This document shows, piece after piece, positions 24,532-38,600 of a stretch of 64,000 bases of DNA (the stretch's first letter is position 1; each line of letters starts with the position of its first letter). Both the position numbers and the translations under genes were made by a program. The stretch comes from Balanoglossus misakiensis (taxonomy: Eukaryota; Animalia; Hemichordata), in NCBI GenBank assembly GCA_040954595.2, contig CM082584.2:4220110-4284109 (forward strand), read 5' to 3'. A model generated the notes under the pieces. It had not been told where the DNA came from, did no database searches, and worked only from the letters and a program-made list of their open reading frames with translations.

Positions 24532-26691
24532 GTAGGTTTCAGTGTGATCGAAAATGACAAATCTTGCCCGGTTTTCCAAAGGTTCGACGCGACTAAATCC
24601 TTACGAAAATGTCGTCTGTGTGATTATGACGGAAGTTGTCACCGTCGCCATATCTCCAACCTGAACGGTGAACCCAGGTTAATAAATGCTTGCAACTTGT
24701 GTACCGGTGATTTTCTTCAGTAATATTATTTTATGATCGAGTATCTCAAAGTGCACCGGGTTAGGAGAAACGAGACATTTAGGTCACCTGCCTGGCCTGA
24801 TGGGATTGGGGAGGTGTCGTGGTACCTCCAAGTACTTATGGTAGGTGGGAGTAGACTACGGGTTTTCGGTAGAGAAAATCATGATCAAATACACAAATAG
24901 CAGTCATAGCTTCTCCTTAAATACCGATCATATGTTCACGTTAAACCATATCATCCTCGATGTCAATATTTCAATTGTTCAAGGTCACATTGTGAAGCAG
25001 CTAGCAAGTGCAGTGGGAGGTCATGTGGGGTGAATGGCGTATTCACCAACCCTGTCAATTCAAGATCCTCTAATATACAATAAGTCAGTCAATTTTCTAA
25101 AGCAGATCTGCATCACACAAATTCTGGGAAGATTACAGTTACATGTAGTGACAGTCTAATATACGTATCGATATGTGATCATATGAAAATGATCGGTTGA
25201 TGCATAGAGCCCAATGACTGATGTGACAATGTCTTGTGTAAGGTCATCATACAGTCAACTCCACGCAAAGCTGCAACGAGCTAGCTGCATCCAGCTTGAT
25301 GTTATTACACCAAAGCAACTTGTGTTAGGCCTATCTATCTATTTAGCATAATACATGTACTGTACATTGACCTTTACTCACATGCACTCTGTCTCATATT
25401 ATTGCCCATTCACTGACTCCAGTCCCTTTATCGTCATAGTCAGATTCCTTCAATGAATTTTGAGCCGATTCCAAAAGCATATACCCACAATTTTCACTTT
25501 CTGTGTGAAATGAATACAGCGGTGAAACTATCCTGGCAGTATTGTGTTATAGAGATGGACATTTTGAAGAAAGACAAGATAATGTACAAAATACTGGCAC
25601 ATGTATAGGCTATAGCAATTCAATTTTCAATATAGACTAATTGAATTCCATCATAATTCTAAAAGAGACCACTCCATGAATTTGAAACTTTAATTTTTAA
25701 AGTAATTACATGTAGTTAACTGATGCAGTTGCCGAGTTTTTGATAAAAAATAGAAAAAATGCTTCCCAATTACAAGATTTACATGTACTTTATCACAAAT
25801 AATGTTGGCATAATGATTCCTCTAGAACCCTGCAAACCAAATTGTAAAGCTCCCAAATGGCCATATTTTCCAACAACACTGTATCTGACATCAACACATT
25901 CTAACTGTTAGGGGTAGAGTAGCCAATACAAAGTTTAGGCCGAAACAAAAATAAACAACAGTGCAATAGATTAACATTACTAGGGAACAGCTTACAGAGC
26001 AAATATTTAAATTTCATACAAATAAAACTTGGCATTTTTTAACCAAGCCAGATTCTGCTACTCAGTTTGTTAGCGTGAAACTATTTTAGTCACCCGAGAC
26101 CCAAGAGAAACTTGTTATAAATTCCTTTGTTCTGTTTGACTATTTGTATATCGATTGTTACCAGATACAAGAAATTAAAACTTTGTTTTGTGGAATTTTC
26201 CCATTTCTCGCGATTCCATTTGATTTCATGGCCCTACAAGTGTCCTCATGATCATTCTTGTATTTGAAAAATACAAAATGTATAATTAGTGAAAATGTCA
26301 TTTTATTGTGTTTTGGGAGCAAATCATGCCATTATGATTTTAGTATGTAAAACTCCATTCCTTTGAAACTGCTTATTGTATTGCTTTACAATGCACTATG
26401 GGTCCTCTCTTGCATAGCACCAAAACCTGCTTCAGGGTTGTCATTTATGTTACAGTCTAAATTTAAATTCAACAGTTTGTCAAATAATTGTGGTTGCATA
26501 TACCTCACAGACTTTTCTAGCTCTGGCTTCAGAGATGTGTTCTCCCCTGAAATGATAGCTGGTTGAAATTCTTTAAGCAACATTCCTAGCAGTTTACCCA
26601 GTGTGCTGCATACATATTGCAACTTTGTATTTTTGTTCGTTTCCTGATGAAATTCTGAATCCTTTTTTATTTTCCCCCAACCAGTTTGAAG

Positions 26692-29600
26692 ATGGATTCA
26701 TTCTTTGCGCATGCAGATGACTTGGATAAGATGCTGGATGAATTTGAAAGAAGAGAAGGTGAGTTGATTCCCAATGAGTTTGATTTGAAAGTTTGTAACT
26801 GACCAGATGCAATGCATCTTTTTAAGTTAATTTTAGTTCAGGGTTAGAATACATGTATATGGAATAGTGTATGTCTCCTGTCTGTCTGAAGTGATATTGC
26901 AAGTATTCGTTCAAATTAAGATGAAAACTGCAGTACTGTATTATAGGGGGGCAATTTTTGCTAGTTTGGTAAAATGACTCTTCGTTTGATTGGTATAATT
27001 CGCAGTGATTTTTCTGCCTTGGATATATAATAGCATTCACCCCTATTTACATGTATAATTCATGTTGAGCAGGATATGACCTCACCATAAAAAAGTTCAC
27101 CTGAATTTTAAGGGGGGTGGCATTTGCCAGCCTGGAGGTGCTTGACCGCAGGAAATATGATAATGTCATTGTTTTTTTGTTTGTTCCAGAAACAAGTGAT
27201 CATGGAAGCAGAGACACTAACCAACATTTGATTCCAGCTGTGAATAAAACCAATCAAAGCAGATTTTCTTCACATATTGGACATTACAATATGGAGACAC
27301 ACTCTTCACCAGTGGATTTGATCGATCTGTCTGATGCAGACTTTGCTCCGTCACCACGGTTACACGCCCTTTCAATTCCCAGTGAATCTGATCAGCATTC
27401 AAGTAACACACCAGTGAAACCAACAGGCGACATGAATATGACCACAGAACAGCATGATCAAGGCAAATCACACGGTAGCCTGTATCATGACATTAATGCA
27501 GAGATCTCCGATCAGGCTCTCAGCAGTTATTTACCAACAAATTTGCCCAAGGACGTGCTCCTTGACGATTTACAAAGAACAAACATGGCTGCCAATCACA
27601 TTGACAGGCCGGGTTACATCGCTGGACCAGTACTTAGTCAGCTGACAAGTCCGAGCTCTTCCACGCGTCCACAGTTGCCAGACGAGATGAGGACACACTC
27701 GGCACCTGCCAGTAACAACGCTGCATTGTTGACGTTCAGCGCAGACGTCTCAAGAAGTGATGCACAGAATAGTAGCCATTCCATAATAGGTGTGCAGAGC
27801 GCCAGTGGTGGTGATTCTCTTGGCAACAGTGAAGAATCTGCCGTCTCTGATGATGATAAGCCTCTCATGAAGGCAGCAGTTGGACAGTACATGTCTTCTA
27901 GTACGTCCCAGTTGCCTGCCCTCAATGAATCTGTGCCGTCAACAACAACAACACAGCAACAAATCTCTCATTCCTTTACTGCAAATTCCATGCCTGTGAT
28001 GCAACCACTTGTAGCACCGGAAAACGATTCCAATGCATCATTCACATCGCCTGTGAAGAACGAGGTTTCACCTTCGCATGTAGCAGGAACTGCACAAATG
28101 GTGCCAGTGATTTTAGAAAGTGAACCGCACACGACAGTTTTGAAGTCTGGAGTATTGGAACCAACACAGGATTCAGAGACCACTACGCAGTCTGGAGCGG
28201 TTGTACACAAACCACCACCATCATCACAACCCATGGCATCGGCACCAGCAACACCAGCTCAACCACCACCATCGCAACCTGTGGCGTCGGAATACGCAAT
28301 ATTGTCACAGCCAGTGGTTTCGGGATTTGCTGCTCTGTCCCAGTCGACAACACAAAGAACTGACGATACACCATCCACAGGCACAGAATCAGCAGCAATG
28401 ACGTCACACTTTGAGACGACAGCAGGAATCGCCCCAGGCATCCTACAAAACGATACCGGTGTGGACAGTTCATCGAGCAATGACGTCAAGGTGGAAAACC
28501 CAACATTATCACAAGGAGGCATGGAATCTGAGAGAGTTCATCAGCCCACCTCTCTGCAGAGTGCTGGAGGAGTGACTCCGGTTGGTTTCGGAGATATAGA
28601 TGATGTTGAGGTGTCCAGGGATGAGATGGAAGCATTCTTTGAGTCTGTCAAAGATAAGACCCCAACTCAAGCTGCAGAGACAAGCTTGCAGACACCCATG
28701 AGAAATGAATTCACCGACAAGAACGACTTCCCAAGTAAGGGAGATGATGGCCTAGCCGAGACAAGACATGGCTCTGAACAGGCACAGAACGACGCCAGTG
28801 AGCAGACCTATGCCTTAGAACAAGAGAAGGCAACTTGTGGTCAGCAGAGCAGTGTAAGCAATATCACACCAAGTGACACCCCAAACCAAATTATGAGCAA
28901 CCCACACGCTAATCCAGGAATTGCTGTCACAGATCACATGCGTGAACAACCTACAATCACCAATGGGGAGAGGAGGGACAGCATGCTCCAAGGCGATCAA
29001 GAATCCTCACCTGCAATCTCATCAGGAATCTCGGAGTCCAATTATCTGGGTGGCTTACATGATTCCACCGTGTATGCCATGCAAGGCTTGTCGTTGGCAA
29101 CTGCGGCAACGACACAGTCGCTACAGGAGACGACGACAGCAGGCATCGGGACAGAAATGAATCTGCCGGTTGCCGCGGTGACAGCCGGATCGGGAACGGA
29201 GGCCGTTCCAGGACAGTATTCCCAAGAGATCACCAAGCCCAGCGACATAGAAAACCTGCGACTCCAACACATGCAACAGGTTCCGAGTGGACAAGCGGGT
29301 GATGGCTCTGAGCAGGCGCAGTGTGTTGCTAATAAACAAAGCGCCATGCGAAGGGGTCTACACCTAGATTTCAGTCACCCGTCGCAGAGGAGAGTGTTGG
29401 CAGAATCGCAACCTCCCAGTCAAACTATCGGCGTGGATCAAGGTGTGCCACCCCCGGGATATGACAATGAACTCACCGAAGACAGTGTCAATGAAACCGA
29501 AGAACACAGCGATTCAATACAACAAAGGCATTCCTTGGAAATTGCAGCAGCTGAGAGTGCTCTCCAGGAAAACTCATGGAACGATCACATGCCAAATCGA

Positions 29601-32600
29601 TTTAACATTCAACTTCCCGAGAGTGCGTATCAACTTGGTCATGTGGCTCCAGTCTGGGTGCCAGATCCGGAAGCCCCAAATTGTATGAAATGTGCAACAA
29701 AGTTTACTTTCACAAAAAGAAGACACCATTGTAGGGCTTGTGGTAAGGTAAATAATCATAGAGAAATTCCTATTGTAATATTAAAGGAACAGTGAGTATG
29801 CGTTACTTTGCCAAATACAGTAAAACCTGTGTAAACCCACCCCTGTCTAATCTGGTAACCTGTCTATGCAGAACACCTTTTTCCAGTCCCTTTGAGTTTG
29901 ACATAGAACCACATAGACAAAGTCTCTCTCTCGCTGCCTCTTTTTTATTAATTACATGTATGTTTTATACAAGACACCGATTATGTTATTCTATAATATG
30001 TGGTTACATGTATGTAGTGAATCAACGTTCGACCACACACAACTTCAATCCCACTTGAAGACACGAGAGTGAAAAACTCTCCAAAATGAATAATTGGTCT
30101 TTACCGTTTATTCATTTTGGTGAAATTTTTACACTCATATCCTACAAACAGGATGGAAGTCTTGCTTGGTCGAATGTTGATTCACTATATCTCCACATGT
30201 AGAATAACATAAACGGTGTCTTGTATCAAACATAATTAATGGGAAAGGGGCAACGAGAGAGAGACTTTGTCCCTTTAAGAATGACTCTACAGTATCACAA
30301 ATTCTCTTTTACAACATATGCTAGCTGTTTGGATCCCTTCAGTGTCACTTGATATCAATGTGCTGTCATGGAAGTAGATAAGTCAATTTTGTCTTGATTT
30401 ACTTATTTCCAGGTGTTTTGTTCCAATTGTTGTAACACCAAGTCAAAATTGAAATATATGGACCATAAAGAAGCCAGAGTTTGTGTATCATGCAATAGTA
30501 TTCTACGACAAGGTAAGTTGTTACATGTGTATAGATATTGAAGAACTACTTGCAATGGTACAAATAGACCTACGCAAATCCAAGATCATGAAAGAAATCT
30601 TTTTCAGTTTGTGCATTATGAGACACCAGCGGACATTAATATCAAATTATTTTTATCTATGTCTGGAGTGATTATTCGGATCTGTCTAATAAAAAAAACT
30701 TGACATGTAGTGCAAAGTATCAGCCATTGTCATTGGTAATAAATTGAGAGTATATTTTATTGAATGTTTCTACACAATTTCATAAGACCACACGGAGAAG
30801 CAGGAGTCTTAAAGGGACAAAGTCTCTCTGCGAGAGAGAGACTTTGTCCCTTTAATGTGTCCTGTTTTATTATTTGAAGTCCATTTTAGAAACAGTTGAT
30901 TACTCAGCGTAATATTCTGCATACAGGTCTTCACCAACTTTTTGGCACCAAATTGTTATGTCAAATATCGTGACAGGGTTATATCAGGGTTATGTAGTCC
31001 CCTTCATCAGATGCACACATGATGGAGTGTGCATCTGACTGGAAGGGGACTACATGTTCCCGAAAGCTCATGCTGTAGTTTCAACTCGTTGATCACAGAG
31101 TGCTACATAACTTTAATTCATCAGGAACTGAGTAGCTTGAGTTTATTCTACAACAAGTTTGTAAAATACAGCTCTCACAACAATTATGTGTATATCATTA
31201 TCAGCATTGCAGAACAACATACAAGAAAGGAGGGGGGGGGGGGTATTAGATACTTATCTTGCCACACAAATATCCAATATGAAGAGATCTCAACTTTGGC
31301 TGATCATAAATGTGACTTTTTCTCCTTGGCACAGTTGAAGCAATAAGAGCTATGAATAGTCCTGGAGGAGCAATGCGATCACCCAATCCTAACAATCCAG
31401 CTGAATACTGTTCAACAGTTTCTCCATTAGAACAAATGAGACATAATGGTGACCAGCCTCCACCAAGTGTTATGGTTCCTGTGGCCAAGTCAAGTCTTCG
31501 AAGACCAAACACAGAAGGTAGGTCATAGTTATGTTGTGCTGAGGCATTTGCATACTGTAAAACACTTTATTTTCGCGAGTTGAAATTTTCGCGATATCCA
31601 GAGGTGCCACTGTTTTGGGAGTATTAATTTTCACGTTCTCTTATTTCATTCACTGCATCGTTATCTTCAAAAAAATTACGCGACTTTTTTATTTTCATGT
31701 TATTTTGGCTCTCGCGTATTTCGCGAAAATTTATTGCTCACGAAAATAATGTGTTTTACAGTATTTGTAGTTTTAGTGCAATTCTTGCCATTTTTGATAG
31801 ACAAAATTTCTTCTCTGAAACTGTTTGTCCAATTATTTTGAACATTCAATGTGGGGTATACATGTATATCTGTATGTCTTACTCTATGACTGTAGGTGTA
31901 ACAATTCTGATGTTGCTTTTCACATATAAAGTAGTAAATGTAATGCGCAGCTGCCCGAGTCATATTTTGCATTCTCTCATTGAGGCAGTGCCATACAGAC
32001 AACCTTCTTCTGTAATATAAGTTCTCATCAGGTTAAACTATCCGTTGTTTTGAGTTTGCAAATTCTAGTGAGTCACCCAAGAAAACGGTTTGCATCCATA
32101 CGTTTGTTATCATGCAAGTACACTTATGCAGAGCGCCCTCTATAGTTTATTTTGTGCATAACTAGCAGCTTTTATTCGGCCATTGTGATTCTGATGAACA
32201 AAACCTTTTATGCAGTATTTGAGTTGTGGTCTTGTATCAAGTGTGGTAGTTCAGAGAGTGCTATTTCAGTGGCAATTTCAAATGCTGTGTTTCAAATATA
32301 CTGTGAGCATGGCACATCTGTGAGATTTGCTGTGGATTGTATTGAACTTGAAAAGAACAAAAATGACAAACTTTGAGAGCTTTCAGATGTAATTCCAACG
32401 TGTCCATTTCCCAACACACTGTCTAGGACTACATGTAGCTTGATTTAGATGTACATTTATCTAAATCCTTCATCGGATGTTTAATCTAGTCTCTACAAGC
32501 AGAGTGGAGTTTCTTTACAGTTGACCAGTATTCAAGCATGTTTTTACCTTTTTGTGTCAAACGAAATTGACCAAAAACGGCCAAAAGAGAGTAACTTTGT

Positions 32601-35600
32601 CCCTTTATAAGTGGAATAATGACTATTGAGCTTACGATTAATCAACATCGAAGAGACTAACGTAACAGAAAAATATACAAGGTTTGATGTTGACTGTTCC
32701 ATTCATTGAAAGAAACCTAAACTTAAAAGTGATTTGTTAACTTTCAGGCTCACAAAGACAACGAGAGAATCGACACGTCCGATTTTCTGATGGAATCCAT
32801 CCTGGTGGTGACTTGACCGATGATAGCCCTTCTGCTGTCGAAATCCGACCTCAACGTTCTCAGAGAAGGGTGAGATCACAAAGCAATGATGCAGAAAGTG
32901 GTCATAGTTCAAGCAGAACACAGGATCATGCAAGTTTGATCCCAGAAGATGGCCTTCCACCAGTTGTTATTAATACTGGCATCAAAGGAGGTAAGCTCAA
33001 AGTATTTGCAATGGGCCTACTGGATGGACTGCAGGCTCAATGTTTATCACATACTGAAGACAAGTCTGCCATTTCCAAAAAGAAAATACTTAAGGATATA
33101 CGCGCAGAATATAAACTGATAAACTGTGCATGTGTGTCTTTTTCCCATAAGATTACATTGATTATTGCTAGAAAACAAAACAAACTTCTACTATTGTCAT
33201 TTTCGCGAAATTTTACACATAGCTCAGTCAAGTAAATATAACAAATACATTTGTGTGGTCACTGAACTCTATTGTTAAGTGCATTGAGATAATTTATTCT
33301 GTAATGCAGTGTACGAGAAATACATATTAAAATTATAAGGAGAGGGAAAGAGCGACAGACAAACACACAGTGACACATACAGAATGAATTGTCATTGTTC
33401 AAGTGGCTATTAACATATAATTTTTTCAACAGAATACACACTGGAAGAAAATCCAAGTCCTGAAGTCCTGATGGAAAGACTAAGAAGTAAGAAATCTTTA
33501 CAAATACAGTGTGTGTTTCCCTGAGCTTTTAGTTTTATTTCATATAAACATTCTACCCACAATTCCTTTATGTATGATAGTTTTGTATTTAAAGGGGAAG
33601 TTCAGTAAGGCTGACCTTTAGTTACATATATGTAAAAATCAGTCTTACTGAACGTCCCCTTTAAAAGCAGCCAAAATTGTGGTTGCTTTGCTTTTATCAT
33701 AAAATTTGACATTTGAATGATTTCTCCACAGGTGACAGTATGGAGCCAGTTGTCTTTGTGGTTAAAAGGAATCTCTTTGTTCTGGCCAAGATTATCAATT
33801 GTGAGTATGGCGTTGCGAACATGCCAGCTTTCCATCTGATATCTTTTAGGGGGAAAAGAAATATAAAACAATTAATTTGTTATAGATAATTTATCAAGAA
33901 GTCTTAATTGTTAGACTGTGACTTGAAAAGTTTGCAATGGTGTATGAATCTAGTGAAATTGGATCTTGTATTTGTAAAATGGAGATGAGTGAGATTTGAA
34001 CGCGACCTTCTGTGGTAGTTGGTCACATATAGAGAGGCAAGAGGTAAAGACAAGCCTATCTCTACAGCTGATATTAATCAGATTAGAGATGACTAAGTTC
34101 TAGGACCACTTCAGAATTCTAACTGATACCCCGTTTTGATTCCATCAACAGTGGATTGCTGTGTCAATAGAACCTGTTGGTGCTTTACAACAAAAGGAAT
34201 GCCTATAGTTGGACAGGATGAAATTGTCATTGTATTGGAGTGTTTACCTCAAGAAAAAATGGTGCCCAGAGACATATTTTGTCACTTCAACAATCTGTAT
34301 GAAGAGGCAAGCAAAGGTTGGTTTTGAAATATTTACAATTTCCTCTGAAGAAGTGTTATATATAAGTACGAACATATTATAATTATATTATTGCTTGAAT
34401 AGATAGGTTTACGGGCCTGAGTGTAGGGGACCATTTGCACAATGCAAAAAGGCAAATGGTCTCCTATGTATTCAGGCAATAAGATTTTTTATTACATGCC
34501 TTGCCAGGCTGGTTTCCTCAGACCTGGTAGCCATGGTAAATGCACTTGAAAAGTCAATGAGAAGAATTTTTTAGTATCAATCACGTGATCTGGCCATGTG
34601 ACCTACGGCGTTGTCATTTCCAGGTGACGGGCAAACAATATTTCGGCATCCAGTAAAAGTTTTTCTGAGTATGTTTAGACTTTAGAACCGCCAAACACAT
34701 AACATGTATCGGGTATGTTGCCTCATCAGCCTCATGGCGTTTCGTCTGCACAGTCTTTGTCTGCACCACGTTGCTGAAGTTGCCCGTCATCTGGAAATTT
34801 GAATGCGAACGAAACTGTCGCCTGAGCGCGTCTGACGTCATTTGATATCGAAGAATACAAATTTATGCTCTTCAGGTCCCTAAATGCCTTGTGATCAAAT
34901 TGATCAAATTAATGGAATTATTGTCATTTTTGATTCAGCCATATGACTTGTACCACTCGTTGTATTTTAACAGGAAATACCGTTGGTGATATGGGCCACA
35001 CGATATTCTCTCAGAGTTTCTTTGGCAGTAGAGAGCATGGCGGTATGCTTTACATCAGGCCGACGTTTCAGTGTGTACGCAAGCTCCTTCTGCCGGAACC
35101 ACCTTATCTTTTTGGCGTTTTACTTCAGAAGTGGGAGACTCCATGGGCCATAGTCTTTCCCGTCCGATTGATGTTGAGACTTGGTGCTGAATACAGATGT
35201 GAGTAGTTTTGTGTTTCCGGGTACATGTACACTACAGGGCTTGAAATTAGCATAGTCACATGCCAACTGACTACCTTACTGACTACTCGCTTAGCAAAAT
35301 GGTAGTCACCACTGACTACCAGTATAGGTGCAGCCATCTCAGCTGTGCTATTGAATAGGCAGAAAATTGCAATCACATGTGTCAACAACTTATAAATCTA
35401 ATGCCATGAATATACACCGAAACATCAACTTAATATCCACACAAAAAAATGTTTTGATTCATCTTATACATGAGATGGTCATATAGTATAGCGCCCTCTG
35501 TGGTAGTGTTTGGATGATGCCTAGGGATGGAAGGGACATGCGCAGTTGGAATAGTGAATTAATCTATAGTATAGTAGAATACCAGCCAATGTCTTGTGCA

Positions 35601-38600
35601 GTCTCATACATATACAGGTTAGGACAGTACCACACTTGACATTTCAAAATGTTTTACGGAGTACATAATAAACATTGTAGTACTTTGTATGAAAAGAATG
35701 AAATATCAAGATGTAAATGCTACTTTACACTTACAGAGACATTTTTACCTAATAGAATAAACCAGATTTGTGTATGAATATGATTTCTCTTTTCTTTTTT
35801 GCAGACTATCCATGTCCCCTGATGAGCGTTCGGTTCAGAAAGCCTGTTTATGGTGAGATTGGTCACACCATTATGCAGTTACTTGCTGTAAGTAACATTT
35901 TGCCCTCACACAATGTGTAATTTCTTTGTGTGTCGCATGGATACCCCTCTGTGTGCATACACTGCTGCCAGTAAAGTGGTGTCGTACCAAAGCCAGGGGA
36001 GTTTATGGGACAGTTGGTGTCTGTCTGTCTGTCTGTCTGTATGTATGTACATGTATGTATGTATGTATGTATGTGTGTATGTGTGTATAAAGTAGGGTAG
36101 AAGGATGAACGAAAGGCGGTAAAATCTCTACAACGCTGTTTCGTGAGTCACTAGACTCACTCATCAGGAGACTAAACTGGCGACAATGCAAGGGGGAAGG
36201 CGCGTTTATATGCAGGAACACAGGTGGTGGAATGTAGGTTGGGATGGGCCGTTTTGCATAACAATGTGTATGGCTGGTGATATGTATGTGTTGTGTGGGA
36301 AGTTTCTAGATTTAATTGTTGCGTAACAATGCTTTGTGTCTGTGTCGATATGAGGACACAAGTTCGTTTCTTTTATTGAGTGTGCAAAGTTCTGGGTTGC
36401 GATTGATAATAAATTTCTCTGTTAAGCAGAGGTTGCACCGTTTGGTTGCGCTGTTGTATGGCTTGGCTGTGGCTAGAATTTTCCATGAAATAGTGTGGGC
36501 GATGTCGTTGTCCTTCAGAGTCCAAATATGTTTGCTGAGTTCAGTGGAGTTCCTGGAGCGTGCGAGTCGGAAAGATAAAGTGTGGTTTCTGTATCTTGTT
36601 TTGAAGTCGTTCTCGGTTAGTCCGACGTATGTATCCGAGGTGTTGTTGTCTGTGCGCGTAACTGTGGCCTGGTAGATGACGGAGTTTTGGAGGCAGTTAC
36701 CGTCGAGCGGGCATTAGTCCTTTTGTCGGCAGTTGCAGGTCTTGGTGTTGTCGGTCTCGTCTGTGTTGTTGTCGTGCGATTTCAAGATGTGTTTGTTGTG
36801 GTTGTCGATGATCTGCTTCGTGTTGTTCATACAGCTGTAGCTAATTTTCATCGTGTTCCTGTTGAATATTTTCCTGATTTTGTTGTCTTGCGGGAAACAT
36901 TTGTCTACGAGGAGGAGGAATTTCTGTCCGATGTTGGTGCTAAGCATTATTATCGCCAACGCTAGTACACTGATCCACCTTTTATGTTGTCTGTGAAAAA
37001 TGAATACAAATAAATATTTTCAACGCAAAATATAAATATGTCATTATGAGAGAAGATTGCAGAGTACCATTTATGGCTAACTTCAATGTATTTGTTTTTG
37101 TGTTTGTACAGGATTTTAAGAACTACCAGTATATGCTGCCACAAATCAAGGGCGTGTTCATCCACATGGAAGACAGACAGACGTCCATCAATTTCCCAAA
37201 GAATAGATATGATGATGTACGTACATGTCTTTCATGAGAGTTTTAACTATTGTTTTTTCAAACATGATAGAGAATCTTCTATTTTGAAGTCGAAGTTTCA
37301 ACATGTAAGTTATGAATCCTGTCTATTAGTGATACCAAAATTAGTCAATAGCTCTTGTCTCTGGAAATTTGCTTGCAAATGCGTTCTGGTTCATTTCTCT
37401 AGAACAGTACTATTATTTTATTTCCCCATTGAGCATTTTGCTGTACTACTATTTGCAACTACATGTATTTCATTGCATTTTGCCGTACTCACTGACTTGT
37501 GACTATCAATGCAACCACCTGATGACCCCCCCCCCTCCCCCATCATAAAATACTCAAAGCATACCATTACCATATTTTAATGTCACAGATTCACTCTGCA
37601 TACTTCCAAAAATACACAGAGAGAATTAATAAGTGAACTGTTCATTTTCTTGTTTCTTTGCACAGATAATGAAAGTTTTGAACAACTCCAATGAGCATGT
37701 CATGGCACTGGGGTCCCACTTCAGCACCAATGCGGACTCGCATCTTGTCTGTATTCAGAATGATGATGGACATTATCAAACACAAGCCATCAACATACAG
37801 AATAAACCCAGAAAAGGTATGTACAAATAATGAAGAAATAAAGCACATAGCACTGACCATGCAGAAAAAAAATATTGATTTAATATAGAGAACTCCCAAA
37901 TTCAGTATGGTGTTGTGCCAATGCATTGTACCCTTGGAGACAATTGACAAGCATTTCAATAACAACAAAAGTTTGCACCACAGAATTTACACAACAGAGT
38001 TTGCTTATACATATACTGTAAAACGGGTTCTTTTCGCAACAGGAAATTTTCGTGATATCAAGAGGCAACTGTTACGCAAGAATTAATTTGCGCGTTGTCT
38101 TATTTCACTTACTGCATCGTTATCTCTGAAAAAATTTTATGCAACTTTTTTTTTTCACATTTTTTTTGGCTCATGTATTTTGCGAAAATGTATTGCTCGC
38201 GAAAATAACCCATTTTACAGTAAATCCTGTGCATTCAATGCAAAATGTAATTTTCAGTACACCTATTTGACCAGCATCCCCGAGGATGCATCATCTCAGA
38301 AAATAATGCACATTGACATCCCACCAGTTTTGCAGCCACCAAGTCACTCTCAGAATGTCACTCTCTCAACAACGGTCTTGGTGAAACTTCCATGCTTGAC
38401 CTCAACTAATTTTTACCTCTGGACTTTTTTGATTGCAGTGACCGGTGCAAGTTTTGTGGTTTTCAATGGTGCACTGAAGAGCAGCTCAGGACTGATGGCC
38501 AAATCCAGCATAGTGGAGGATGGCCTTATGGTTCAGATCCCAGCAGATACAATGAAAGCATTGAGACATGCGCTGAGGGAAATGAAAGATTTCACCATTC

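Noticed and set aside
27117-27189. ORF-track start of the 892-aa ORF
   Set aside because: Intronic read-through from a non-ATG codon; the exon starts at 27190 and ends at the donor after 29747, and the ATG is at 26692.
33985-34030. tRNA/SINE B-box-like GTTCAAATC on the minus strand
   Set aside because: No A box or cloverleaf could be built.
36316-36965. Plus-strand hydrophobic ORFs (119 aa and 92 aa)
   Set aside because: Antisense shadows of the Penelope GIY-YIG frame.
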